In this document: piece after piece, positions 28,829-37,444 of the stretch
How positions within the stretch are numbered: the first letter of the stretch is position 1
How the letters are laid out: each line of letters starts with the position of its first letter
Virus record (IMG/VR): IMGVR_UViG_3300033141_004958
DNA: 64,000 nucleotides
From: an uncultured virus (IMG/VR IMGVR_UViG_3300033141_004958)
Lineage: Duplodnaviria > Heunggongvirae > Uroviricota > Caudoviricetes
Direction: 5' to 3' (one strand)
Notes under the pieces: model-generated
What the model was told of the DNA's origin: nothing
Seen by the model: the letters and a program-made list of their open reading frames with translations, nothing else
Databases searched by the model: none
Translations under genes and position numbers: made by a program

Positions 28829-28887
28829 CTTGACCTGGTCTTGAGAAACCATATAATAATTATATGGTTTCATTAGATCAGGTCAAG
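28829..28887. promoter_or_regulatory. Palindromic pair of face-to-face CTTGACC-N16-TATAAT promoters
   Basis: + strand TTGACC 28830-28835 and TATAAT 28852-28857; the - strand reads CTTGACC-TGATCTAATGAAACCA-TATAAT. Confidence 0.7.
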
Positions 28888-28971
28888 CACTAGCCCCGGT
28901 CTCATGGATCCATATAATATATCATATCCGAAAAGATGAAAGGCCACTTACTCTAGTTGGAAAGGATTGAG

Positions 28972-29600
28972 ATGAATAAGTACGAAGTCCAAAAGCGGGT
29001 GTTGCAAGATGGTAAGCCGCTTGCACTCGCGAAATTCACGTGGGATGCGAGAGCCCGCGTGTTCAGTACAACGGAGGACAATCTGACGCTCCACTTTAAG
29101 GATATACATAGTCTATCATTCATAGCCGGGTATAAATGTACATTCATAACCGGTGATGGCTGTACGTTCCAGACAGGCGCGGATTGCACGTTCAAAACTG
29201 GTTGCGACTGTGTATTCATAACCGGTTGGGGATGTACATTCAAGACCGATACGCGGTGCATGTTCCTGACAGGCCCGGAGTGTAAATTCATAACGGGCAG
29301 TCACTGCACATTCGAGACGGGGGATGACTGTACGTTCCAGACAGGCTCGGAATGTATATTCAAGACCACCAGTGGTTGCAAGTTCGAAACCGGCGATGAC
29401 TGCACGTTCCAGACAGGCTCGGAATGTACATTCAAGACCGAGTATGACTGCATGTTTAAGACGGGCAGTCATTGTACATTTGAAACTGGCGCAAGGAGCA
29501 CATTCCAGACGGGTAGACATTTAAACCCGGCGCTGATTGCATATTCAAAACCGACGTAGACTGCGCATATATCTCAAATGGGGTCGGACCGTCGTCATGA
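28972..29600 (+). CDS. Octapeptide-repeat (C.F.TG..) beta-helix protein, frameshifted near 29517
   Basis: Many period-8 repeats; the repeat continues (TFKPGADCIFKTDVDC) in another frame to TGA at 29600. Confidence 0.7.
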
Positions 29601-29719
29601 ATATGACACTTTAAATCCATGGTAGGATAAACAACAATCACTGATAAAGCCATATTCGCTCGCGATATGTTTCTGACAGAACAGATATACTATACGAGGC
29701 ATTTATCGCGATAATCAAG

Positions 29720-29971
29720 ATGATAGAGGAAAATTATGATTTTGGGAAATTTGAAACCAACTCACCTAATACGTTAAGGAGCATGATATACCAATTTGGC
29801 CGACCCGAAACGATCTGGGGCAATGCAGGAAAGATTCGGCCATATTGTATTAATCGGGATATTTCCGCAAGGCATCACAATGTACCAAACCGGGCCTATG
29901 ATTGTTTTGCTGGATATATACTTATAAAGACATTATGTGTTCATTTCTCGGAATCAACAGTGATATTTTAA
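29720..29971 (+). CDS. Hypothetical protein
   Basis: 83-aa ORF, weak support. Confidence 0.3.
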   Translation: MIEENYDFGKFETNSPNTLRSMIYQFGRPETIWGNAGKIRPYCINRDISARHHNVPNRAYDCFAGYILIKTLCVHFSESTVIF

Positions 29972-30410
29972 AGGATGAGGCGACGTGGCCACTTGATAGG
30001 TTCATATTATCTTAAGCGTCTTATAAGATGTGGAATTTCTATCATTGATCCACAGATTTTCTCTTTTGAAATAGAGTTATGTGAGGGGTGGCCTGGATTC
30101 CGAATCAACGGACAAAACATATATGACAACAGATTACTATTTCCACTGGCCCCGTGGATTATCGGCTAAGCCCGGTTCAACATCAACTAGTAATACTGGA
30201 TCATTCTCAACTCAAACTACTCAACGGAAACATTGTGGATCTTTATGTTCATCATCTATACCCCCCATTTTACTACTTGCTTATAAATTTATCAATACAA
30301 CGTCATATGATCTATATAAATATATAGTGAATTTGCTCGGATTTGAGTGTTTTTATTACTATACCGTTGTATGAATCGATTTCTATTATAGAAGGGGAGA
30401 GAATAAACAC

Positions 30411-31301
30411 ATGATCTCCGACGACATAATTAACTTCTATACCTATTTGGCTATTCGTAATAAAAACTTAGCTCCAGATAATTTTATATACAATGCGGAA
30501 AAGGCTTTCGAGAAAATTAAAGAGCGGATAAAAGATAGTTTAATTGTCGAAGGATATTGCGCGATAGCAGATGAACTATCATATTATCCAATGCCAAAGA
30601 AGGGCAAAGATACCACTTATTTTCCTATAGATGAGATGGAAATATTATGTGAAAAGGGGAAAAACTTTCGGGACTTATTACATGGTTATATTATAGGGAT
30701 GTGGGCGGATTACATTTATAAAACTATAGATAGGGAATATAAACGCAAGGCATCAGCGATACCGAAACTACAAAGCGTTACTAAGGCAGCGTTTGTCGAT
30801 GCGTTGGATTTTGTGTATAATAATATTGATAAGTATAAAGATTATGTGGAGCTCCACATATTCTTTAAAGAATATGTGGAGGAGGCGCGTAGATATTCGT
30901 CGGATGCATTGGCGTGTATTGATAGAATTGCGCAGGATGCAATAGAATTTGAGCAAGATAATTTTCCTTCAATAGAGCTTTTTATCGCCTACGCTATTAA
31001 GACTTTTAAGCGAGGTAAGTATTGGGCGGCGGAATATGGCGGCGCGTCATGGGCCAGAATTGCCCATGATTTCTTGGCATTTTATAAATCGCGTGCCCCT
31101 TCTATAACAGACATCGACCACATGTTGGATTTGGTACATAATACTGATACGTGGCTTGATAAATTTGTGTATGCTGATGATCTATCGGATGCGCTTTATC
31201 TCAAATTTGTCCTTTCACCGGAAAAGCTTGCGGATAAATGCACCGATAAAGATATTAAGAGGTTGGCAAAATACACTCAAATCCGGTTTGAATCACTATA
31301 G
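30411..31301 (+). CDS. Conserved-looking phage hypothetical protein (W...YGG..W..IA...IDH..DL.HN motif)
   Basis: 296-aa ORF with RBS and a distinctive C-terminal motif; TATAAATA upstream at 30315. Confidence 0.7.
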   Translation: MISDDIINFYTYLAIRNKNLAPDNFIYNAEKAFEKIKERIKDSLIVEGYCAIADELSYYPMPKKGKDTTYFPIDEMEILCEKGKNFRDLLHGYIIGMWADYIYKTIDREYKRKASAIPKLQSVTKAAFVDALDFVYNNIDKYKDYVELHIFFKEYVEEARRYSSDALACIDRIAQDAIEFEQDNFPSIELFIAYAIKTFKRGKYWAAEYGGASWARIAHDFLAFYKSRAPSITDIDHMLDLVHNTDTWLDKFVYADDLSDALYLKFVLSPEKLADKCTDKDIKRLAKYTQIRFESL

Positions 31302-31531
31302 CGATTATGCTTTGACTATTGGTTGTTGAATAGGATGCGCAGCAAAGAGGTGTTACATGGTTTTGGCTAAGTCGACTCAATGCGTGTTTCAATACAACGT
31401 TGTGTTTGACGTGTTTGTATCAAAAACAGAACAATACAATTCTATTGGTGGTATTGACTCTCCCTTGCGCAAAATATAGCACTACAATTACAAGTGATTA
31501 AGTTCCCTTTGGTTGCTGTCCTAAGGAGGGC

Positions 31532-31843
31532 CATGAAAATGAAAATTACAGTAGTTGGATCGGATTTGTATATTGTACATACTGGTGACACTAGTTATAG
31601 TCTAATATAGGAGTATGACAAAGGGTGGGTGGTATTTCAGTAGAAATATTGCAGATTTCAGTACTATATCGGGAAAGGGCGTTTGCTTTAGTATCGTCTA
31701 TGGTACTTTGGAGCAAGCGATAAACGCGGCTATAGACAATAGTATTCAATGGAAAGCCAGTGATAAATAAGGGGGGTGATTATGGATGAAAATGCTGAGG
31801 TCGCCCCCCATACCTTCGAAGTACTGTCGATATTATTAATATA
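31532..31843 (+). pseudogene. Decayed small ORFs
   Basis: AAGGAGG RBS plus ATG followed by early stops and protein-like fragments in shifting frames. Confidence 0.35.
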
Positions 31844-32095
31844 ACATACTGTGACCAATTACGACCAAAATCATATTATACCATACCACTCTGGAAACAT
31901 GGAATAATAGAACAATGTACAAATCCATTCCAATATATTCAAATTTGGCTAAGATAGTACTAATGGGCACAGGCAGACGTAGTCAATCCCATATTATGGA
32001 TAAAGGTATCGCGTGTAATAACCCGTGGTACCGCATTATAAAATACTATAATAATAAGTAGTGTTTTTTAGTTATAGAAAAATAAAAAAATTCTT

Positions 32096-32123
32096 TTGAC
32101 TTAATACTCATATTGTATATAAT
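32096..32123 (+). promoter_or_regulatory. Early promoter TTGACT-N16-TATAAT
   Basis: Family consensus with upstream A-tract; lies upstream of the tRNA cluster. Confidence 0.7.
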
Positions 32124-32664
32124 TATAGCGTGCATAAAGAAGATTTGGTCGGAGAGATTTGGATATAGCGGAATATAAAGTAAAAGTACTGTCGAAATAA
32201 AGCAACTCGACTATGATGAATGGTGCGAGATGAAATAAGTTTATTATAGTACAAATTTACACAAATGCCATCTACAAATTGATAGAAAATTGAGTAAATA
32301 AAAAACTATATTGGGCGTAAGATCTCTTAATACACGAGATTGTAACGGCCCACAAGGTATGATGTATATAAGGAATATATCCATATGGTTGCATTTTCCA
32401 ACCAAAAGGAACTTTGCAATGACTGAACGTGAAAAGTTTATTGAGCGATGGAAAACATGGTACCATGCGATTTCGCGGTAAAATATCAAGAGGATATACG
32501 CGGGCATGTCGTGTTTGTCGGGGTTACCCCCACCAAACACTTGATAATATTGGGCGTAACGAAACCGAATTGAATACTCGCGAGGGCGCCTGGGAACTTG
32601 CCGATACGGTTATAGCAAGATGCTTCGGGGCGCCGCATGGTAGCTTTCTTTGTCGGATCAAAGT

Positions 32665-32741
32665 GGGCTCGTAGCTCAGCTGGTCAGAGCGCGCCCCTGA
32701 TAAGGGCGAGGTCGGTAGTTCGAATCTACCCGGGCTCACCA
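32665..32741 (+). tRNA. trnI: tRNA-Ile(GAT)
   Basis: GGGCTCG acceptor, D-arm AGCTCAGCTGGTCAGAGC, anticodon arm CGCCC-CTGATAA-GGGCG, T-loop TTCGAAT, encoded CCA. Confidence 0.93.
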
Positions 32742-32777
32742 GGGATAAACCGGCCCGGGCCGGAGATCTTTGAAAGC

Positions 32778-32841
32778 GGGGACGTAGCTCAAGGGGAGAG
32801 CACCTGGTTTGCAACCAGGGGGTTGGCGGTTCGAATCCGCA
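32778..32841 (+). pseudogene. tRNA-Ala(TGC) lacking the 3' acceptor strand
   Basis: GGGGACG, D-arm, CCTGG-TTTGCAA-CCAGG and GGCGG-TTCGAAT-CCGC are present; then CGCGGCTGCA instead of CGTCTCCACCA. Confidence 0.8.
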
Positions 32842-33143
32842 CGCGGCTGCAGTATTGAGGCGCTTTGCAGCAAGGGCATATAAGACCAAAACCCGCGGCT
32901 GGGGTATCGATCTATATTGCATGGACACGGGGTATGAGGCCCAGTGCGTCTGCGCAAATGCCAAAACACGTGTGTTTACCGACTGGGCCGATGCAGTACT
33001 TACAATCGGGGATGAGGCAGAAAAGCAATAGAAAATCTGGTATCCCAATGGTTCATTTTAATACTATAAGGAGGTATATATAGGGGACATATTGGTCTAG
33101 TGCATCATGTTTTATCATATCTCCACGTCTATTAGACGTGATG

Positions 33144-33181
33144 GTAATGGGATGTAGCCCACCTACATCCCATTACTTTTT
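33144..33181. terminator. Terminator hairpin at the convergence of + and - transcription
   Basis: 14-bp perfect stem GTAATGGGATGTAG/CTACATCCCATTAC, 5-nt loop, T-tract; a second hairpin lies at 33124-33140. Confidence 0.8.
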
Positions 33182-33545
33182 ACCTCAATTCCTTCTTGAT
33201 AATTCTTAGGGCTCGTTGCATTTCACGATCAACCTTAAATACTGATGCAACTGGTTCATATAATCCATTGGCAATAGTCTTTATTGCATCATTTAGTTGC
33301 CGTATTGCTTCTATTTCTTTTGAATCCGCAAGTGGATGAATATTGCTCACCATATCATCCAATTGATATGACACTTCGGCAAGGTTATCATCAAAATTTC
33401 GGGCAACATCTAGTACTGTAGCATCTTCGGCTATATAAATAAGATAATCTATTATTTTTTCCAGTACCTGCTGATGGCTTGGTAGTAGTGCTTCGGAAAT
33501 ACGGGTCAACAATGCTCTACTTACTCGTTCCTTTATTCTAGACAT
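33180..33545 (-). CDS. Small helical protein, putative internal head protein
   Basis: Basic leader MSRIKERVSRALLTRISEA followed by an acidic helical body. Confidence 0.6.
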   Translation of the reverse strand: MSRIKERVSRALLTRISEALLPSHQQVLEKIIDYLIYIAEDATVLDVARNFDDNLAEVSYQLDDMVSNIHPLADSKEIEAIRQLNDAIKTIANGLYEPVASVFKVDREMQRALRIIKKELR

Positions 33546-33573
33546 AATATTTCCTCGCTATGGGATTGGATAT

Positions 33574-33711
33574 CTATTGCCGGTTCTTTCTCCATTTTGT
33601 AAGTTTAATAACCCTCATTACGCAATCATCGGCTATTTCGACCACATCATCATCTATATCAACATTAAGAGCATGAATAATCTTATCTTGTAGGTCCATT
33701 TCCAAATCCAT
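33574..33711 (-). CDS. Internally deleted paralog of 33729-34046
   Basis: MDLQDKIIHALN...DDVVEIADDC matches the N- and C-termini of its neighbour. Confidence 0.45.
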   Translation of the reverse strand: MDLEMDLQDKIIHALNVDIDDDVVEIADDCVMRVIKLTKWRKNRQ

Positions 33712-33728
33712 TATTTGGAATAATATCT

Positions 33729-34046
33729 TTATCGCGCTTCCACAATATTTAGAAGTTTTTCTGCACAGGAACTGGCCACTTTATATGCATCATCCAGGGC
33801 TCGACCCTTTAGTATTTTTACTAATTCATCAAGGTCATCTGCAACCTCATCCCATCCTTCTGCATCGAAATCCTCTCCTGCTTTCTCATCGGCCCATTTA
33901 TATAAATCGCTGAGCTCCCATTTACATTGAGAAAGGAAATCACATTCTTTAGCTATTTCCATTAAAAAATTTATAGATTCATAAATCTCTGAATTTTCGT
34001 CCCGTGCTTCAGTAATTGCATGGGCAATTTTATCGTATAGATTCAT
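33729..34046 (-). CDS. Small acidic helical protein, paralog
   Basis: EARD...IYESINFL...KWEL..LY...WDEVA..LDE shared with 34170. Confidence 0.75.
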   Translation of the reverse strand: MNLYDKIAHAITEARDENSEIYESINFLMEIAKECDFLSQCKWELSDLYKWADEKAGEDFDAEGWDEVADDLDELVKILKGRALDDAYKVASSCAEKLLNIVEAR

Positions 34047-34127
34047 TCTTTACCTCCTCTGGTATAATAATTATGGAAGTATAATTTCTATTTATTTTCC
34101 ATCTTAGCATATAATATCATTTATAAT

Positions 34128-34155
34128 TGGGGATATTTACCGGTAAGTATCCCCA
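34128..34155. repeat. Near-perfect 28-bp palindrome
   Basis: TGGGGATATTTACC/GGTAAGTATCCCCA, one mismatch. Confidence 0.7.
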
Positions 34156-34169
34156 TATATCATCCATTT

Positions 34170-34502
34170 TTAGCGTCGCTTTTCTATTTTTTTTGCAATG
34201 GCTAACATCTCTTCTGCGACCTCATTTGTTAATTCGTATAAGTCTTTCATATCGACGCTTTCCATGGATACCAATATTTCGTCGAGATAATGTGCAACTT
34301 CATCCCAGGATAGCGCATCTACGTTCGTTTTTGAAAAATCAACAGCCAAATCATATAATTGTTCAAGCTCCCATTTAGAATTTAAAAGACGATCAAATAA
34401 ATCGGCAACGGTCTGCAGAAAATCTACCGAATCATAGATTCTTTCAACACTAACTTCCATATCCCGTGCTTCGTTAAAAGCGCGATTTCTTTTGTATTTC
34501 AT
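34170..34502 (-). CDS. Small acidic helical protein, paralog
   Basis: FNEARD...IYDSVDFL...KWEL..LY...WDEVA. Confidence 0.75.
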   Translation of the reverse strand: MKYKRNRAFNEARDMEVSVERIYDSVDFLQTVADLFDRLLNSKWELEQLYDLAVDFSKTNVDALSWDEVAHYLDEILVSMESVDMKDLYELTNEVAEEMLAIAKKIEKRR

Positions 34503-34516
34503 TTTCGTTATGCTCC

Positions 34517-34945
34517 TCATCCTCTTGGGTATTCGCGATCCAGTTTCCGCCTTAGATCTTTTCGTATTTTATATTGATATCTATCAATATATGCTTGTGA
34601 TGGACGTTCTGCATCAATGTCATTATGAATTTCGTTTATAAGGTTTGCTATATCGAATAGATAATCCATTACCTTGATGCCTAACCGTCGTTGTTCTTCA
34701 GTATCACCACTACGGTTATGTGGTATATTCGCGATTGTGGATATACTACTCACAACATTTTTATTATACGAAGCCATTTTCTCTGCTCCATCTCTAATCG
34801 TATCACTAAGATCGATCAACATCTCAATAAGTACATTGGTATCACGTGCAACTTCATCCACCGCTTCCCAAAATGTATCTCCATTTGCTTCGTTTAGTTT
34901 ACCTCGTATTGCGGTTCGTATTGCACGTTCAATTTTTTTCATCAT
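34517..34945 (-). CDS. Small helical protein, putative internal head protein
   Basis: Leader KKIERAIRTAIRGKLNEA; GGAGG RBS; TATAAATA upstream. Confidence 0.65.
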   Translation of the reverse strand: MMKKIERAIRTAIRGKLNEANGDTFWEAVDEVARDTNVLIEMLIDLSDTIRDGAEKMASYNKNVVSSISTIANIPHNRSGDTEEQRRLGIKVMDYLFDIANLINEIHNDIDAERPSQAYIDRYQYKIRKDLRRKLDREYPRG

Positions 34946-34955
34946 AACCTCCAAA

Positions 34956-34963
34956 TATTTATA
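34956..34963 (-). promoter_or_regulatory. T4-like late promoter TATAAATA
   Basis: Exact T4 late consensus immediately upstream of an RBS. Confidence 0.4.
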
Positions 34964-35146
34964 GTCCTGATAAGATCTTTATGCTCTAATGTTGTAGTTT
35001 TTCGACTTTGGCGCGTAGCAACTCAGATGACCGGACAGCATCTTCGAATCGCCCAGTAACGATATCTGCTGCATCATTTATAATGCATCTTTCATATTCA
35101 TAATGGTTAACCCGTAATGCCGCTTCCTGTCCCATATCTTTCCTTT

Positions 35147-35338
35147 CTATTTTGCTAAGCGCGATAGTAATGGATATCGCCTATTTAATTCATCGATATT
35201 ACGACGAATACCATCGATATAAACTTCTATTTCTCGTTCAGTTGGATTCTTCGCGAGAATTTGTTCACTGCGCCATACAATTTGACTGGCTTGGTCATAT
35301 ATATCTTCTAATGCCGATATGGCTTTTGGTGGTAGCAT
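35147..35338 (-). CDS. Small helical hypothetical protein
   Basis: GGAG RBS; resembles the C-terminus of 34517 (P....I..Y...IR...). Confidence 0.55.
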   Translation of the reverse strand: MLPPKAISALEDIYDQASQIVWRSEQILAKNPTEREIEVYIDGIRRNIDELNRRYPLLSRLAK

Positions 35339-35346
35339 AACACTCC

Positions 35347-35403
35347 CCCCGGATCACTCCAACTATAGTTGGAGTGATCCGGGGCCCCGGATCACTCCAA
35401 CTA
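35347..35403. repeat. A-A'-A inverted triplication of a 19-bp unit
   Basis: CCCCGGATCACTCCAACTA / TAGTTGGAGTGATCCGGGG / CCCCGGATCACTCCAACTA, perfect, no spacers. Confidence 0.95.
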
Positions 35404-35461
35404 CATAATTATGCTTATTATTAAATCATTGATAAATTTTGGCACCAAATGATTTTGTTTA

Positions 35462-35842
35462 CTATCGATACTCATTTGTAACTATATGATCAAGTGTGGA
35501 TTTTATATATTCAAGCTGCGTCATTAGACTTTCACTATTATGAATAATCTCTCTCACATATGTATTTGCACTAAGCAATTCGCTTATTACATCTTCAACA
35601 TCGTCACACATACGTGATGGCTCCATTTGACGTACAATTGCCTCGGCAAAGTCGATGTATCCATCGATGGTATTTGCATTTGTATAAAATGGATCAAAAA
35701 TTCTATCCAGCAATCGTTGATATCCCCTAATTTCATCCGATATTTTTTCCAAATCTTTGCGGGGGTCAGCAGATACCGTTTGCCACTTCTTTTCCATTAA
35801 TGCTCTTCTTATTCTTTTATTTAGAGATAAATCTTTTTTCAT
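35462..35842 (-). CDS. Small helical protein, putative internal head protein
   Basis: Leader LNKRIRRALMEKK; AAGGAGGAG RBS. Confidence 0.65.
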   Translation of the reverse strand: MKKDLSLNKRIRRALMEKKWQTVSADPRKDLEKISDEIRGYQRLLDRIFDPFYTNANTIDGYIDFAEAIVRQMEPSRMCDDVEDVISELLSANTYVREIIHNSESLMTQLEYIKSTLDHIVTNEYR

Positions 35843-35909
35843 ATGTACTCCTCCTTGTCTCCTTGTTAGTTTTCATATATATATATATATTACTCCGTTA
35901 TTTACATTA

Positions 35910-36239
35910 TCATTTGGGAATTTGATTGGCAATAGCGATTTTGGCTGTACTACCATGTATTGCTGCCTCATATTCTTGCCTGGCTGTTGGAGTAAACGGC
36001 CCATAATCAATATATTCAATGGCAGAGGGCTGAATATGTACTTCGCCATCATGTTCCATACCATTTAATGTATTTAATGGTATAATTCGGTAACCAAATC
36101 GACCATCTGGAGTTTGGCCCATTATTTTAAGTATAGGATTCTTAAGTACTATTCGTCCAGCTGGATTAGTATCTAAACTTCCCATTCCCATGATAGCTTG
36201 CCCGGTAGTAAGATGTACTACTAATAACCGACTTTCCAT
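35910..36239 (-). CDS. Sm-like phage protein
   Basis: VVHLTTGQAIMG...IVLKNP...Y pattern of T4-like Sm-fold proteins. Confidence 0.55.
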   Translation of the reverse strand: MESRLLVVHLTTGQAIMGMGSLDTNPAGRIVLKNPILKIMGQTPDGRFGYRIIPLNTLNGMEHDGEVHIQPSAIEYIDYGPFTPTARQEYEAAIHGSTAKIAIANQIPK

Positions 36240-36466
36240 TACTGTTCCTCGTTTTCTTTGTCATTATATTCCAAGTCGGTTCCACACTCCGGGCATTTTT
36301 TGGGATATCGGCCAGGGTATAAAGGAATTGGGAACCCACAGTCTTTGCATATAGTTACCGTAGTAGTTTTAGAAAATGCTTTCTTTAGCCCAGCAGATAT
36401 ACCTTTGGTAGATTTGTCTATTTTATCTTTAATCTTCTTTTTTAGATCGTCTTTTTCCATAAGCAT
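36239..36466 (-). CDS. Zinc-ribbon protein
   Basis: CKDCG...YPGRYPKKCPECG; start uncertain. Confidence 0.6.
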   Translation of the reverse strand: MLMEKDDLKKKIKDKIDKSTKGISAGLKKAFSKTTTVTICKDCGFPIPLYPGRYPKKCPECGTDLEYNDKENEEQ

Positions 36467-36494
36467 CCCATAATCATAAATAGTACAAGTAAAT

Positions 36495-36713
36495 TTATTC
36501 ACTCCATGGTGATAGTGGCACATCCGGATTGTTGTATTCAGGCCATGTCCTATATCTCCGATTTCTACGACCACCAAAGAAAGGATACATTTTTCCATTA
36601 GATTTATATATACCGGAATTTCGTTCTCGTTTATATTGTTTGTTAAAATCGGGATGGGATATATCGCTCATCTTTGTCATCTTTGTCACTCCTCTATTTT
36701 CAATACGAAACAT
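36495..36713 (-). CDS. Small hypothetical protein
   Basis: ORF fills a gap in the co-oriented run. Confidence 0.4.
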   Translation of the reverse strand: MFRIENRGVTKMTKMSDISHPDFNKQYKRERNSGIYKSNGKMYPFFGGRRNRRYRTWPEYNNPDVPLSPWSE

Positions 36714-36736
36714 ATTATAAATAGATCTCGTATTTT

Positions 36737-37189
36737 CTATCTCTTTGACATTGGTTTAAGTGTCATATTAATTGCTTTGCCGCCCCTATTTTTAATTTTA
36801 ACTGAGTCCTCATGGTAGCATATGCCACCAGGCATAACAACCACGTTGGCGCCATCATAGGCATAACATTGTCCGCCGTCTTCTACCGTAACTTTTGCGC
36901 CACGATATGCCCGGCATAATCCCCCATCTTTAACTGTTACAATTGCCCCATCCGAGGCAATACATGTTCCCTGATTTGTAACAGTAACGCGTGCACCCTT
37001 TCTTGCTTCGACGATGCTACCTGCACCAGCCTCAATAATGGCATTTCCGGTCGCCACGACATGAATCTGTTTGCTGGAAGAAATTGATTCTTGGTGATAT
37101 GACCGGTGTTTAGTGTAGTCCTTAATACCATTCAGCTTCTTCTTAATCGATGATTTAATATGTTCCGTACTACTTTTCATATAACGCAT
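36737..37189 (-). CDS. Beta-solenoid protein with 16-aa (2x8) repeats
   Basis: GARVTVTNQGTCIASD / GAIVTVKDGGLCRAYR / GAKVTVEDGGQCYAYD / GANVVVMPGGICYHED. Confidence 0.65.
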   Translation of the reverse strand: MRYMKSSTEHIKSSIKKKLNGIKDYTKHRSYHQESISSSKQIHVVATGNAIIEAGAGSIVEARKGARVTVTNQGTCIASDGAIVTVKDGGLCRAYRGAKVTVEDGGQCYAYDGANVVVMPGGICYHEDSVKIKNRGGKAINMTLKPMSKR

Positions 37190-37421
37190 TTTCTACCTCT
37201 TTTTTGCTCCAATATTTTGGTGTAATACGCACACTCATATCAACAACTATATCAATGGGCACATCAAACTTTTCTTTATCGTGTACATCCCATAATGTTA
37301 CATTTCTTCGGGTTATTTGCAAAACAATATAATAATCACCGGCTTCATCTTCAATTCTATCTCCAACATTAATATCTCTCACATTGAGTATTTGTCTTTC
37401 TCTTTCTCTTCCTCTCAGCAT
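37170..37421 (-). CDS. Small beta-barrel (SH3/KOW-like) hypothetical protein
   Basis: DINVGDRI...Y.V..I....VTL. Confidence 0.5.
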   Translation of the reverse strand: MLRGRERERQILNVRDINVGDRIEDEAGDYYIVLQITRRNVTLWDVHDKEKFDVPIDIVVDMSVRITPKYWSKKEVENALYEK

Positions 37422-37444
37422 ATTTCACCTATAAGATGTCTATA

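Noticed and set aside
31532..31770. TAG stop-codon reassignment suggested by several in-frame TAGs
   Set aside because: Many clear genes end at TAG directly before the next RBS, and conserved structural genes have no internal TAG; decay explains the region better
32308..32559. Twice-repeated ATATTGGGCGTAA resembling a conserved 16S rRNA motif
   Set aside because: Only 11-13 nt match and there is no flanking rRNA similarity, so no rRNA gene is called
32429..33083. ORFs overlapping the tRNA cluster
   Set aside because: They are translations of tRNA sequence and structured spacers
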